Shown here in pieces: positions 41,272 to 55,620 of a stretch of 64,000 nucleotides of DNA. Location: positions 30,070,001 to 30,134,000 of the forward strand of contig NC_043002.1 of the NCBI RefSeq assembly GCF_006345805.1. The letters run 5' to 3'. This DNA comes from Octopus sinensis. Its lineage: Eukaryota. The notes under the pieces were generated by a model. The model did no database searches. It had not been told where the DNA came from and saw nothing but the letters and a program-made list of their open reading frames with translations. Each line of letters opens with the position of its first letter. The stretch's first letter is position 1. A program made the position numbers and the translations under genes.

Positions 41272-43908
41272 AATAAAATAGAACATATGCATATATATAA
41301 ACATATATGTACGTACCTACCTCTACATGTACATATACACGCATATATGTGTACAGGACACCAAAAAGACGTCGAACACCATAGAGAGACGAAAAACATA
41401 GACACAAACCAAGGAACAAGACAAGCAAAAAAAAAGAGATACAGGACAATAAGCACAACGAAAAATCCCCTTCTTCAGTCGCTAAGGTTTCATCTACTAA
41501 CGTTTCGAAGGATAAAAGCGAGACGTATACTTCGAAGAAAACTTCCTTCCTGCGAAAAGCAAATCAATTAAAATCTGAGATCTTTTCGCAGAGGGGTAAA
41601 AAAGCAAGACGGTAACGACAGTACAAACATATAAACAGTAAAAAATATATATATAAACAGTGGAAAAATAAATATATAACAGTGAGAGACAGGACAAGGA
41701 GAACAAGATAAGAAGGGCTGTTAACGCCAGACGAAAAAGTATTGCAAACGCTGGATTATAGTGGACGACGAGAGAGAAAGAAAGTCGACCAGTAGCCTTA
41801 GAAGGCGGGCGAGAAAAGACAGGATAGCAGTTACGACGGAAGTATCGTCGCAGATGGACGACGGAATGGGGGAGGAGGAGCAAGAGGAAGAGAGAGAAGA
41901 AGGGGAATGGTGCGAGGAGACCATGAAGAACGGTGAGGGGAGAGAGAGAGGAAGAGAGACAAGTTAAGTGAGGGAAAAAAGACGAAAAAGGGAATGGGAG
42001 AGAAAGAAAGAAAGATGCAGAGTCGCGTGAGAGTTAATATCAAGGCTAACTTGATAAACAGAACAATCTTACTTAATAGGGTGCGTGCGTTTAGTCGTAT
42101 AATATGTTAATAAAATAGAACATATGCATATATATAAACATATATGTACGTACCTACCTCTACATGTACATATACACGCATATATGTGTACAGGACACCA
42201 AAAAGACGTCGAACACATAGAGAGACGAAAAACATAGACACAAACCAAGGAACAAGACAAGCAAAAAGAAGGAGATACAGGACAATAAGCACAACGAAAA
42301 ATCCCCTTCTTCAGTCGCTAAGGTTTCATCTACTAAACGTTTCGAAGGATAAAAGCGAGACGTATACTTTGAAGAAAACTTCCTTCCTGCGAAAATCAAA
42401 TCAATTAAAATTCTGAGATCTTTTCGCAGAGGGGTAAAAAAAGCAAGACGGTAACGACAGTACAAACATATAAACAGTAAAAAATATATATATATAAACA
42501 GTGGAAAAATAAATATATAACAGTGAGAGACAGGACAAGGAGAACAAGATAAGAAGGGCTGTTAACGCCAGACGAAAAAAGTATTGCAAACGCTGGATTA
42601 TAGTGGACGACGAGAGAGAAAGAAAGTCGACCAGTAGCCTTAGAAGGCGGGCGAGAAAAGACAGGATAGCAGTTACGACGGAAGTATCGTCGCAGATGGA
42701 CGACGGGAATGGGGGAGGAGGAGCAAGAGGAAGAGAGAGAAGAAGGGGAATGGTGCGAGGAGACCATGAAGAACGGTGAGGGGGAGAGAGAGAGAGGAAG
42801 AGACAAGTTAAGTGAGGGAAAAAAGACGAAAAAGGGAATGGGAGAGAAAGAAAGAAAGATGCAGAGTCGCGTGAGAGTTAATATCAAGGCTACTTGATAA
42901 ACAGAACAATCTTACTTAATAGGGTGCGTGCGTTTAGTCGTATAATATGTTAATAAAATAGAACATATGCATATATATAAACATATATGTACGTACCTAC
43001 CTCTATATGTACATATACACGCATATATGTGTACAGGACACCAAAAAGACGTCGAACACATAGAGAGGCGAAAAACATAGACACAAACCAAGGAACAAGA
43101 CAAGCAAAAAAAAGGAGATACAGGACAATAAGCACAACGAAAAATCCCCTTCTTCAGTCGCTAAGGTTTCATCTACTAAACGTTTCGAAGGATAAAAGCG
43201 AGACGTATACTTCGAAGAAAACTTCCTGCGAAAAGCAAATCAATTAAAATTCTGAGATCTTTTCGCAGAGGGGTAAAAAAAGCAAGACGGTAACGACAGT
43301 ACAAACATATAAACAGTAAAAAATATATATATATATAAACAGTGGAAAAATAAATATATAACAGTGAGAGACAGGACAAGGAGAACAAGATAAGAAGGGC
43401 TGTTAACGCCAGACGAAAAAAGTATTGCAAACGCTGGATTATAGTGGACGACGAGAGAGAAAGAAAGTCGACCAGTAGCCTTAGAAGGCGGGCGAGAAAA
43501 GACAGGATAGCAGTTACGACGGAAGTATCGTCGCAGATGGACGACGGGAATGGGGGAGGAGGAGCAAGTGGAAGAGAGAGAAGAAGGGGAATGGTGCGAA
43601 GAGACCATGAAGAACGGTGAGAGGGAGAGAGAGAGAGGAAGAGACAAGTTAAGTGAGGGAAAAAAGACGAAATAGGGAATGGGAGAGAAAGAAAGAAAGA
43701 TGCAGAGTCGCGTGAGAGTTAATATCAAGGCTAACTTGATAAACAGAACAATCTTACTTAATAGGGTGCGTGCGTTTAGTCGTATAATATGTTAATAAAA
43801 TAGAACATATGCATATATATAAACATATATGTACGTACCTACCTCTACATGTACATATACACGCATATATGTGTACAGGACACCAAAAAGACGTCGAACA
43901 CATAGAGA
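41271..43908. repeat. Tandem array of an about 840-bp unit (3 full copies plus 116 bp)
   Basis: TAATAAAATAGAACATATGC recurs at 41271, 42108, 42951 and 43793 (periods 837, 843, 842). Copies are near-identical and differ mostly by homopolymer indels. Confidence 0.95.
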
Positions 43909-43970
43909 ATATAGATATACGTACAAAGATGTGCATGCATGTATATATAAGTATGTGTGTAAGTTCTGGT

Positions 43971-44150
43971 AGACGCTCTTGGCTTGTAGTTCAGGGTGTC
44001 GCATTCCTGATCTTAAGATTGCTGTTTCGATTCTTGAACTGAGTGATACTTTGTATTCTTGCGCAAACTATCATATTTAAGGTCGCTCCAGTCCACTCAG
44101 GTGGCAAAAATGAGTAATCATGCGACAGGCTATCATCACGTACGGACGGG
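43971..44150 (+). mobile_element. Degenerate tRNA-derived SINE
   Basis: TGGCTTGTAGTT A-box-like, GTTTCGATTC B-box-like, GCTCCAGTCCACTCAG...AAATGAGTA body. Confidence 0.55.
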
Positions 44151-45495
44151 AAATATATACACCACAAAATCCAGTAAATCTGCCTTATGAATCTTATTGC
44201 CCAGGAAGGACACTAGGTCTCTTGATTTGAGGAATATCTTTGGTATGTGCTATTTTCATTGTGTCTTATCTTCGTCATGAGTTGTCCTAGCAATGACTTT
44301 AAACTGTTGTTGGTAATCGGGTCCCGATGCTTAAGTTCTAGTGTTTTGAAGAGTGTAGAACCAAATCTTAGCCACTATTGTTCTGAGGTCAACTCTTACT
44401 CCGATTTGTTGTACATGTCAATGCCCCAGTTTAGGGTTAATTAGAATGCTGCATAAATTACTTCCGGCAAAATATCACTTACAGACATCCCAACGGATCC
44501 AGGGCGGATTACACCCTTCAGCTCTTGAGCTGTTCACCTAAGAGAAAATAATTCCATAGAAATCTTGCATCCTGGTACCTATTGGATACATAGAACTTGT
44601 TGGCTGAAAGCAACACAAGTGTGACGGACGTAGATGTATGACCGGTTCTGCGCAAAATTTCACAATAAGAAGATTCGTAATGCAGGTTGATCAGCAAACA
44701 ACGATGACAGGTGTACCTTACTAAACCGTTATACTTCAAAGCGACGAGTAAGTCAACCATTAATTTAGTTACAGAAAGTCACAGTACACATATATTGATC
44801 CACAGCATCGTCATATACCTAGTGGTCAATGGCCTAAGTCGGTACTGGTCCGAATTGTAGTCAGTATTAGTATACTTAATGTAGGGTATATCAAGAAGCT
44901 AACGAGATGCAGTGGAGTAATGAATAAAAAGAAAAATAACATTTGTCTATAGTTTATATCTTATTCATAAATAGTGTGTTCTTATGCTGACCTCATCAGC
45001 GAGATAGTCACGGCTGGGAGAATCTTTCACATAACATTTGCTAGGAGGAATTGATTAATGGATAAACATTAACAGCAACAAGAATACTTGGAGAAGAAGT
45101 TCATTTCGATAGAATGTTAGTCAATAGTTGACAGAATTGATATATAAAATGAATCTAACTGAACATCATGAGATATATTTTTTTTATTTCGATGATGTCA
45201 GCATCACTGACATCATTGGGTCATATTGCAAAACGGTACCCGTTTAGATTGAAATGAAATTAAAAGATGAGAAGGTTCTTCGCCATGACCATAGCAAACA
45301 TTGATACCAGTATTGGATTTTGTAGCCTTGCTGTGATAATAGTCAGATAGTACGAACAAATACATCGGTCTGTGTGACCGAAAGACATTGCATAATTTGG
45401 ATAGTGAACATACACACAAAGGGAATAGCTGCATTACCTCACGACCAACACACACTCAGATACGCAAACATATAGATAGATAGATAGATAGATAT

Positions 45496-45550
<55 letters not shown>

Positions 45551-46033
45551 TAAAACAGGCACGAACAGAGAATGAAGCAGCCGTATGTACATATTTCAAC
45601 TTTATTGCCACCTTCGTCTGTAGATTTGCGCCTTCCTTAGTTATCCATAAACCAACTTCTAATAAATTTGTTGACAAGACTGAATGTTCTGATTTATACA
45701 TTTAAAATTTTCTTGGCAACTAGTTTGAATATTAAATTAGTAGTGCGTTACCAATATTTCATCTATATGCTATAATGTACCGTGTGACAAAACAATACAC
45801 ACCAGTAACTTGATTTATTTACGCGCACACACACACAGACAGTCAGACACACAGACAGTCAGACACACAGACAGTCAGACACACACACACACGCGCACAT
45901 AACGTTTCTATGACTCTTATTTCTAGGAATCTTGGTGCTCACTGCACCCTTGGTCACCTTTAGTGGCGGCGAAGTATTTCCTTTTTGCTTGTAAATTGCG
46001 TCTAGCCACCTTAATTATATATATATATATATA

Positions 46034-46093
<60 letters not shown>

Positions 46094-46949
46094 CGTGTGT
46101 ATATATATATTATATATATATATATGTGTGTACATATATGTATATATATATGTATGTGTATGCAACTATGTATGTGTATATGTATGTATATACATATATG
46201 TATGTGCACATGTCTGCATGTATGTTAGAGTAGATATGAGAACAATTTTGGTTAAGAGGTGGTTTAACACTCCTCAGAATTCTGGAACTCCCAAACCAAA
46301 GCGCCGCTACCGGATATAGCACCTGTCCCGGTTAGAGTTACTTAGCATATGTAATGACGATCCATTTGGGTGCAGGGACGCAGAAATGTCATTGGTGGGT
46401 TTTAGACGCGCAGTAAGGCACGCACAACGAGTAACGGAACCCTGACTTTAGTAACGGCATCTTTCTAGTATGGTCTCACTCTAGTGTAAAACCTTCGATT
46501 TCAGGTGATTACTAATCATTCGCTTGAGCCCGTCACTTGGTATTATTCACAGAGACTCAGGGAGCAGTATTTGTGTTGTACAAGCGTTTGCGGCTATATC
46601 CCAATGACGTACAGATGTCTCTTTATGGTGACCTCATTTGTCATTCCATCTACTGATGACGATAGAAATGTGGCACCCTGTGCTGACCCTGTGCTGACCC
46701 CTGTGCTGACCCAACCAGTTAGAAACGCACATTAAGTCACATCTTTCGTCGGTTACTTATGCTTTAAACCGTGCAGATCTGCAACGGGACTGAACAACCA
46801 TCTGTGACGTCATAACATATTTCATTGATTTTAAGTCAGAAATACACACGACAAGGAGAGACGACAATCATCTGTGAAAAACGAACAATCACCATGTATG
46901 AAAGAGCTCATGAACAGTCAACGGCCATCCAACAATATATGTATGTATG

Positions 46950-47085
46950 CGCAGGGATGTGGACATATCAGGGTTGGTGTCCAGGCATGCTGTTGGTCCT
47001 CTGTTCTCACAGCATCTCTCTAGAAAGGGGAAGCTCTGAGGGAAAACTTGCGACACTGACAATATTTGATGATGTAAAATAGTTC
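46950..47085 (+). pseudogene. Highly decayed LINE RT fragment
   Basis: Frameshifted GVQ-GMLLGPLF (compare GVPQGSVLGPLLF) followed by IFDDVK (compare LFADDxK). Confidence 0.35.
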
Positions 47086-47993
47086 TTTTCGAGTTTACAT
47101 TGTTCATGTTCAGAGAGTGGGATTATATTTGTGCACAGGCATCGCTTGAAAAAGAAACAAAGACCTGTCACAAATGCGCGGCTGATTGTAGCCTTCGCAA
47201 ACGTGGGACTTTCGAACAGGAGTTTGTAGCCATGTGTGTATGTATGTAAATATGTGTGTTGTTTACACTGTATGTATGTGTGTGTGTGTTAGTTGAACTG
47301 TCGATGCACACACCCATATTTGAGCATCTATTCATATAAGAATCATTGATGGAGAAATTTGAAATGACTTGCAAATGTTCACTGTGCTATTACTACATTG
47401 GATTTGGAAAATCTGTATCGGTTTCTTTTCCTCTTTCTCTATGAAACCGAGAATTTCTCGGTTTTTGTGTAAATTTATTCGTACATAACCTAATGTACCT
47501 ATGATGATAAGTACAAATAAAAATTCATAGTCAGGGCACAAATGCTGTAAGTTCTGCATTTTGTATGTATGTAAGTATGCAGGTATGAGTGTCTTTTCTG
47601 TTTTTTAATTATTATAAATCATCCACCGAGGAGCGAGGCGGTTTCCAACAAAGATACAGGGCTCCATCTTTGGGATGTAGTCAACACAGATAAATTCACT
47701 TTTGGGACTTGACAAAAGTATTGTATATTTTTACTGTTCCCCTCACAAATTGAACTTGTAATGTATGAATCATCCGGTTGATTTCTCTTTCTGAAAATCC
47801 CAGTTTATCTACGTTCTCATTTAAGAACTTACTAACAAAAATCTAGTGCTCCAATTATTATTGACATGTATGTATGTATGTATGTATGTATGTATGTATG
47901 TATGTACGTGTGTATATATGGAAGGCGATATGCAAGCATCATTTGTAAAATACTTTTATTGTACAATGAATAACTTTCTGCTATACACTTTTG

Positions 47994-48396
47994 CTCTTAC
48001 TCTTTTACTTGTTTCAGTCATTTGACTTCGGCCATGCGGGAGCACCGCCTTTAATCGAGCAAATCGACCTCAGGACTTATTCTGTGGAAGCCTAGTACTT
48101 ATTTTATTGGTCTCTTTTGCCGAACCGCTAAGTTACGGTGAGGTAAACACACCACCATCGGTTGTCAAGCGATGTTGGGGGACATAGAAAAACACACAAA
48201 CATATACACACACATACATATATACATACATATATACGACGAGCTTCTCTCAGTTTTCGTCTAACAAATCCACTCTCAAGGCTTTGGTCAGCCGAGGCTC
48301 TACTAGAAGACACTCGCCCAAGGTGCCAGGCAGTGGAATGAACCCGAACTATGTGATTGGTAAGCAATCTACTTACCACACAGCCACTCCTACGCC
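47994..48396 (-). mobile_element. Full-length SINE (31034 family)
   Basis: Complete tail-to-head match with internal microsatellite. Its head half is duplicated at 49645-49814. Confidence 0.9.
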
Positions 48397-48966
48397 TATA
48401 TACACAAAATCTTGGAGACACCTACCCAAGGTCCCACACAGAGGTACTTAATGCAGAACCGTGTATTTGGGAAGCAAACTTCGTATCCCACAGTCCGAGA
48501 TGCAAGCAAGCACGCTCGCATACACATTCACACTCACAGTCATACACCTACTTAGGAACACTATATAAAAACGAGAGCAAAATGTAGAGGCTTAAAAGAA
48601 AGGAAGATAAAGCTACTGTTCTCTGTTCGTACATACACATTTAGTCTATGAGAGTGTATATATGCATGGCTTGCGCGTGGGTGTAGGCGTGCATAATTTG
48701 AGGCGAAAGGAAACGAGAAATTAATAATAAACAAGTTGTTTGTAGTAGACATTTATTGAATTTTGTTCATAACAGCAGTGCTGCGGTTTGGTCGGCTACG
48801 TGATTTATATACGGATGACATTACTGTTTAGCAAGAGAATTTTTGACCTCACCCATTGATAATTTCACCAGGAAACACTGAAACACGAGAACCATAACAG
48901 CGAAAAAGAGAAAAAAAAAAAGGAATTTGAGTCCAAATTTCGTGTACGTATTCATAGGTATATATA

Positions 48967-49056
<90 letters not shown>

Positions 49057-49133
49057 ATGTATGTCTATATATTTATATATATATTATGCACCTCCCTTGT
49101 ATACATCCATACAATGCTAAATATATATATATT

Positions 49134-49165
<32 letters not shown>

Positions 49166-50378
49166 ATATATAGATATATATATATATATATAATATATAT
49201 ATATATAAAGTTAATCCAAACAAGAAAGCACAAAAAAAAACGCACAACGCGAGGACGTGGAACAAATATAGTATTATTGGACGCTCAGGAAAGAAGGAAA
49301 GAAGGAGAGTTTAACGTTTCGAGCAGATATATATATATATATATACCTCTTTTCATACACACATGCGCACACCATCCCCCCACATATACACACGCACGCA
49401 TATATTTTTAACAAAACTTTCATTCAGTTTCATAGGACTTACATTTTCATGCGTAGAGCAACGTCTTGTTGCATCAGATATTTTGCCTTCGAATGCGTGA
49501 ACGCCTTTGAGATGGAATTTTTCATTATGTGGAACTGGACCAAACTGTTATTAAATCTATATAACTCTAAACAAATGTGTTGAGTGCTATCTTCTTTCTT
49601 TTGTTATCTCTCTCGCATACACACGCACACATATATATACATACATATATACGACGAGCTTCTCTCAGTTTTCGTCTAACAAATCCACTCTCAAGGCTTT
49701 GGTCAGCCCGAGGCTCTACTAGAAGACACTCGCCCAAGGTGCCAGGCAGTGGGAATGAACCCGGAACTATGTGATTGGTAAGCAATCTACTTACCACGCA
49801 GCCACTCCTACGCCTATATACACAAAATCTTGGAGACACCTACCCAAGGTCCCACACAGAGGTACTTAATGCAGAACCGTGTATTTGGGAAGCAAACTTC
49901 GTATCCCACAGTCCGAGATGCAAGCAAGCACGCTCGCATACACATTCACACTCACAGTCATACACCTACTTAGGAACACTATATAAAAACGAGAGCAAAA
50001 TGTAGAGGCTTAAAAGAAAGGAAGATAAAGCTACTGTTCTCTGTTCGTACATACACATTTAGTCTATGAGAGTGTATATATGCATGGCTTGCGCGTGGGT
50101 GTAGGCGTGCATAAGTTGAGGCGAAAGGAAACGAGAAATTAATAATAAACAAGTTGTTTGTAGTAGACATTTATTTGAATTTTGTTCATAACAGCAGTGC
50201 TGCGGTTTGGTCGGCTACGTGATTTATATACGGATGACATTACTGTTTAGCAAGAGAATTTATTGACCTCACCCATTGATAATTTCACCAGGAAACACTG
50301 AAACACGAGAACCATAACAGCGAAAAAGAGAAAAAAAAAAAGGAATTTGAGTCCAAATTTCGTGTACGTATTCATAGG

Positions 50379-50449
<71 letters not shown>

Positions 50450-50661
50450 ATGTATGTCTATATTTATATATATATTATGCACCTCCCTTGTATACATCCA
50501 TATAATGCTAAATATCTATATATATATATATATATATAAAGTTAATCCAAACAAGAAAGCACAAAAAAAAAACACAACAACGCGAGGACGTGGAACAAAT
50601 ATAGTATTATTGGACGCTCAGGAAAGAAGGAAAGAAGGAGAGTTTAACGTTTCGAGCGGAG

Positions 50662-50692
<31 letters not shown>

Positions 50693-50985
50693 ATATACCT
50701 CTTTTCATACACACATGCGCACACCATCCCCCCACATATACACACGCACGCATATATTTTTAACAAAACTTTCATTCAGTTTCATAGGACTTACATTTTC
50801 ATGCGTAGAGCAACGTCTTGTTGCATCAGATATTTTGCCTTCGAATGCGTGAACGCCTTTGAGATGGAATTTTTCATTATGTGGAACTGGACCAAACTGT
50901 TATTAAATCTATATAACTCTAAACAAATGTGTTGAGTGCTATCTTCTTTCTTTTGTTATCTCTCTCGCATACACACGCACACATG
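48225..50985. repeat. Tandem duplication, unit about 1.35-1.4 kb (2 copies)
   Basis: 48241 aligns with 49656 (offset 1415) and 49561 aligns with 50913 (offset 1352). Unique sequence is near-identical. Confidence 0.93.
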
Positions 50986-51409
50986 TATATACATACATAT
51001 AACTACACACTGATACGCACATGCATACACACACATACACATACAGTCACACACACATGCGTGTGTATATATATCTGCCTCTGTGCATGCATAAATATAA
51101 ACTGCTTACCATGGATTTACTCGTTCATATTAACGTAGCACAATTGTTAGGGTGTTCGATAGATTAAAAGAGAGTATATGTCATTGTACTTTGCGTTCTG
51201 AATTTAAATCTCGCTATGGCTTATCAGGTGGGTGGACTTAATCCCTCGCTCGGTGCCACTTTTGATGCATTTAACGGAGTCGATCCTGTCGGCCCACGTC
51301 ATTAAGTTTACAGTTTGAAGATACCATCTCTCTTCCACGAAACTCAGAACTTATATGCGTGTGTGGTTGTCCATGCGTGAATGAGCGCGTGCTATATATA
51401 TATATATTC

Positions 51410-51583
51410 AAAATGTCTTCCCTCTGTCATCCCTTCTTTGGATCTTTCCTTTTCTTATGCTTCTAACGAAGAGCTCCGCTCGAAACGTTAAACCCTCCTT
51501 CTTTCCTTCTTTCCTGAGCGTCCAATAACACTATACTTGTTCCACGTCCTCGCGTTGTTGTGTGTTTTCATGTTTGGATTAAC
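51410..51583 (+). mobile_element. Family A PLE-terminus-like repeat with mutated HHR (core CUAACGA) at 51459-51493
   Basis: GCTT-CTAACGA-A-GAGCTCCGCTC-GAAA-CGTT-AAAC. Tail ends TTTGGATTAAC followed by (TA)n. Confidence 0.7.
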
Positions 51584-51643
51584 TATATATATATATAATA
51601 TATATATATATATATACATACATACATACATGCATACATACAT

Positions 51644-51767
<124 letters not shown>

Positions 51768-52202
51768 TAGAAAAAAAACACATTTTATCAATTCAATAAT
51801 GAAAAATTAAATTATACCATTTAGAAAAATTACATTTTATAGGAAAATGAAATATAAGATAAGACATATAACAATGATTAAATATTCTGCAAAGTAATAA
51901 ATAAAACGTATTGTTATTCTACCAAATATTTACGTTTTATTTATTTTGCACATTATTTAATCATTGTTATAAGTTTTATCTTATATTTAATCTTTCTATA
52001 ACATGTAATTTTTCTGAATGGCATAATTTAATTTTTCATTATTGAATTGATAAAAGGTAGTATTCTTCTAATTCATATATATTATATTATATTATATTAT
52101 TTTTTGTGAAATTTGATTTAGTATTTCTAAATTGAATTTTTCTCTGTAAGTTTGGAATAATATTCCCTCATATAGTATATATATATATATGTATATATAT
52201 AT

Positions 52203-52340
<138 letters not shown>

Positions 52341-53532
52341 TATATATATAATTTAAACGTTGGGTGTAAGTTTGTATACCGTTGCTTGATAAATGAAATA
52401 TTGCATTGTCAACAAACAACGACAGATTGAAAACGTATGCATGTAAGACACAGAGGATCCCTAATTACTAAATGCTCAGTTTTGCACCATTGTACGCAAA
52501 TATATAGAAGTACATGATAAATAGACTTAGAGCATTATGGGTGAGGTTCCATCAGAAAAAAAAATCAGCTATATTTTGAATGTAGTAACTTTCATTGCAA
52601 ATTCATTATTGCAGTTATATTTTAATAAGGCTCCCGTGTAGTCCTTCAGTGTATTTGCAAGAGTGGAAATATCGCGTCTTAAAAGTAATTTACCTAAGTC
52701 CGATTTATGCTATTGGAATGATAGTTTCATTAAATGAAACTTTCGCTCATTGAACAAAATCTGAAGCTGTCTGAAGGTAAAAAAAGTTTGTATATTCATT
52801 TCATTTCAGGGTCCAGCAGCCTAATTTATGTCACGAAATGATAAAAGTGAAGTAAAGAAGTAAAATACATACACAGATCATTAATGAAGAATTTACAAAT
52901 CCACTTCATGAAATTATCTTTCAATTTGATGGCGCTGGATTGGTAGATGTCAGAGCGTTTTAAAAATTACTTTGCCGGATTTCTTTCCGCTATCTACGTA
53001 TTGAGTTCAAATACCATTGAGGTAAGCGTTGTTCCCATACTCTCCGAACAGATAAAACTGAAGTACAGTAAGGTACATGGATTGATTATACATCGGTTAC
53101 CTACTACACCTCAAAATTAACGGACTTCTGCCAAACATAGATAACATTAGATATTGCAGAGACAGGATTTAATTCCACTCGTATGGATCAGTGTAGCGCA
53201 AATGAGCTTGGATTGTTGGAACAGAACGCTCCTCTATAATTCAACCGACACAGACAATCAGCAAATCTGGAATAAATTCATGTTACGATATTTTCTTGAG
53301 GTTTAAAAAGTCGACGTTAATCGAACAGGACACTGGTTGAAATTTAAAACTCCATTCACCAAGAGAAAATGATATATACATATATCTATATATGCACATT
53401 TATAAGCACACGCGCGCGAGCATATAATGCATGCCTACAAACATTCGAAACATATATATAAAAATATACACACATATATACACTCCCCACACACATGTAT
53501 GCATAAATATATAAACATATACATAACGTTTA

Positions 53533-53572
<40 letters not shown>

Positions 53573-53596
53573 GTATTTAAACGTTTAAATCCGTAT

Positions 53597-53651
<55 letters not shown>

Positions 53652-53800
53652 GTATGTATGTATGTATGTATGTATACGTACATAAATACATATATACATA
53701 CATGTATAATTACGTACATATGTGTGTGTATGTATATATATATATATATACTCTCTATTTATCTCTAACTCTATCTTCTACTCCTATATATATGTGTACA

Positions 53801-53847
<47 letters not shown>

Positions 53848-54401
53848 AGCATATATGCATACATACATACAAACATACATATACATACATATACACATAC
53901 ATACATACATTATATAGACACACACACACACACACATACAACCGTACGTACATACATAAAAACGTTTATAAATCAGTGAAGAGGAGAATTATTTTGGTTG
54001 CCTAAATATCCGATTTGAAGCAAAAACAAAAACATAAGAATCACGAAGTTGTAAAATTCTTGGAACTAAATTTAGGGTAGATATGCGATGAGATCAAAGT
54101 AGCGGCGTGGCATGAATATTTAATTGGGTAGGAAATCTCTATGGGGGTGGGCTGGATCTTCGACCGTTAACTTCCGTGCTGTTTATATTATGGTGCGGCG
54201 TTATTTCTTTTTTATAGAATCTGATTGTCTAGTTACTAGACACTAGAAATGTGACTCCTTAGACAGAATACAACACGCACACATACACACACATACGCAC
54301 ACACAAACACACACTCACACACGTGTTCATGTGTGTGCGTGCATATGTATGTATATATATATTTGTATGTATGTATATACGTATACGCATATATACATAC
54401 G

Positions 54402-54477
<76 letters not shown>

Positions 54478-54589
54478 ATATTATATATATATACATATAT
54501 GTACATACACACACACACACGTAAATATATATATATATATATAGATTGATAGATAGATAGATAGATAGATAGATAGGTAGGTAGATAGG

Positions 54590-54649
<60 letters not shown>

Positions 54650-55317
54650 TAGGTAGATAGATAGATAAATAGAGTGATGGTGTGTGTGTGTACATATATA
54701 TGTGCCTATATATACATATATATACACATACATATGTATATATATACACACACATATATGTGTATGTGTAAATGTGGCTCTGCGTGCGTGTGTACTTGTG
54801 TGCATTGAGATGGTGTGTGTATCTAGTTGGGTGTGTGAGTGTTGCTCAGCATTAGATATAAAATATAATAAAACCATAAAACAACCTGAGGAATTTAAGT
54901 TCGCTTCCTATTAACAACAATTTTAGAATTCCAGAGTCTAGATGTTGTATTTTATCAGGAAAGCGATATATGAGATGACTCGTTTTGCAGAGTAGATAGA
55001 TGGTATCACCTGTTTTTATATATTTATATTAACTTTCGCGTTCACTTTCTCTCTTTCACGTCATTTCCAGGACGCTTCTCTTGTTCAAGCTTTTATTTTG
55101 TTACAGAAATTTTTTTAGGCATGCGTGTATATATATATATATATACTTCTACACATACATACCCGTACACACACTTCTATGTATGTATATTTGTATGCAT
55201 GTAAGAGTCTATACAAACACATGTATGTATATATATATATATATATTTATTTATTTATTTAATTTTTTTTATTTTATCTAGTTTCAGCTCACGAGCTGTA
55301 GCCATGCTGGGGCACTA

Positions 55318-55403
<86 letters not shown>

Positions 55404-55406
<3 letters not shown>

Positions 55407-55620
55407 GTTAATCGAAACATGAAAGCACAAACAGAAAACACAACAACGCGAGGACGTGGAACAAGTATAGAGTTATTTGGACGCTCAGTAAAGGAAAGAA
55501 AGAAGGAGGAATTAACGTTTCGAGCGGAGCTCTTCGTCAAAAACATAGGAATAAGAAAGATTCAAGGAAGGGAAGACGGAGAAAAAAATCGCCAACGGTA
55601 CACACACGGTCGTGTGTGTG
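55404..55620 (-). mobile_element. Family A PLE-terminus-like repeat with HHR variant (core UUGACGA) at 55510-55544; duplicate HHR at 56915-56949
   Basis: Minus strand reads GUUU-UUGACGA-A-GAGC(UCC)GCUC-GAAA-CGUU-AAUU. Confidence 0.7.

Noticed and set aside
41497-43728. 60-160 aa ORFs in the 840-bp array
   Set aside because: They are low-complexity, frames differ between near-identical copies, and no domain motif is present.
41271-43908. CRISPR-like or rRNA/tRNA gene array
   Set aside because: Whole units are identical with no unique spacers, there are no rRNA or tRNA signatures, and the context is eukaryotic.
45192-45216. Perfect 10-bp hairpin ATGATGTCAG-CATCA-CTGACATCAT
   Set aside because: Isolated, with no other support, and plausible by chance at this window size.
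45832-45879. 16-bp x3 repeat (also CCCTGTGCTGA x3 at about 46677-46712)
   Set aside because: Ordinary slippage minisatellites.
46653-46670. CTGATGA-CGATA-GAAA as a hammerhead
   Set aside because: No stem II pairing and no stem I/III.
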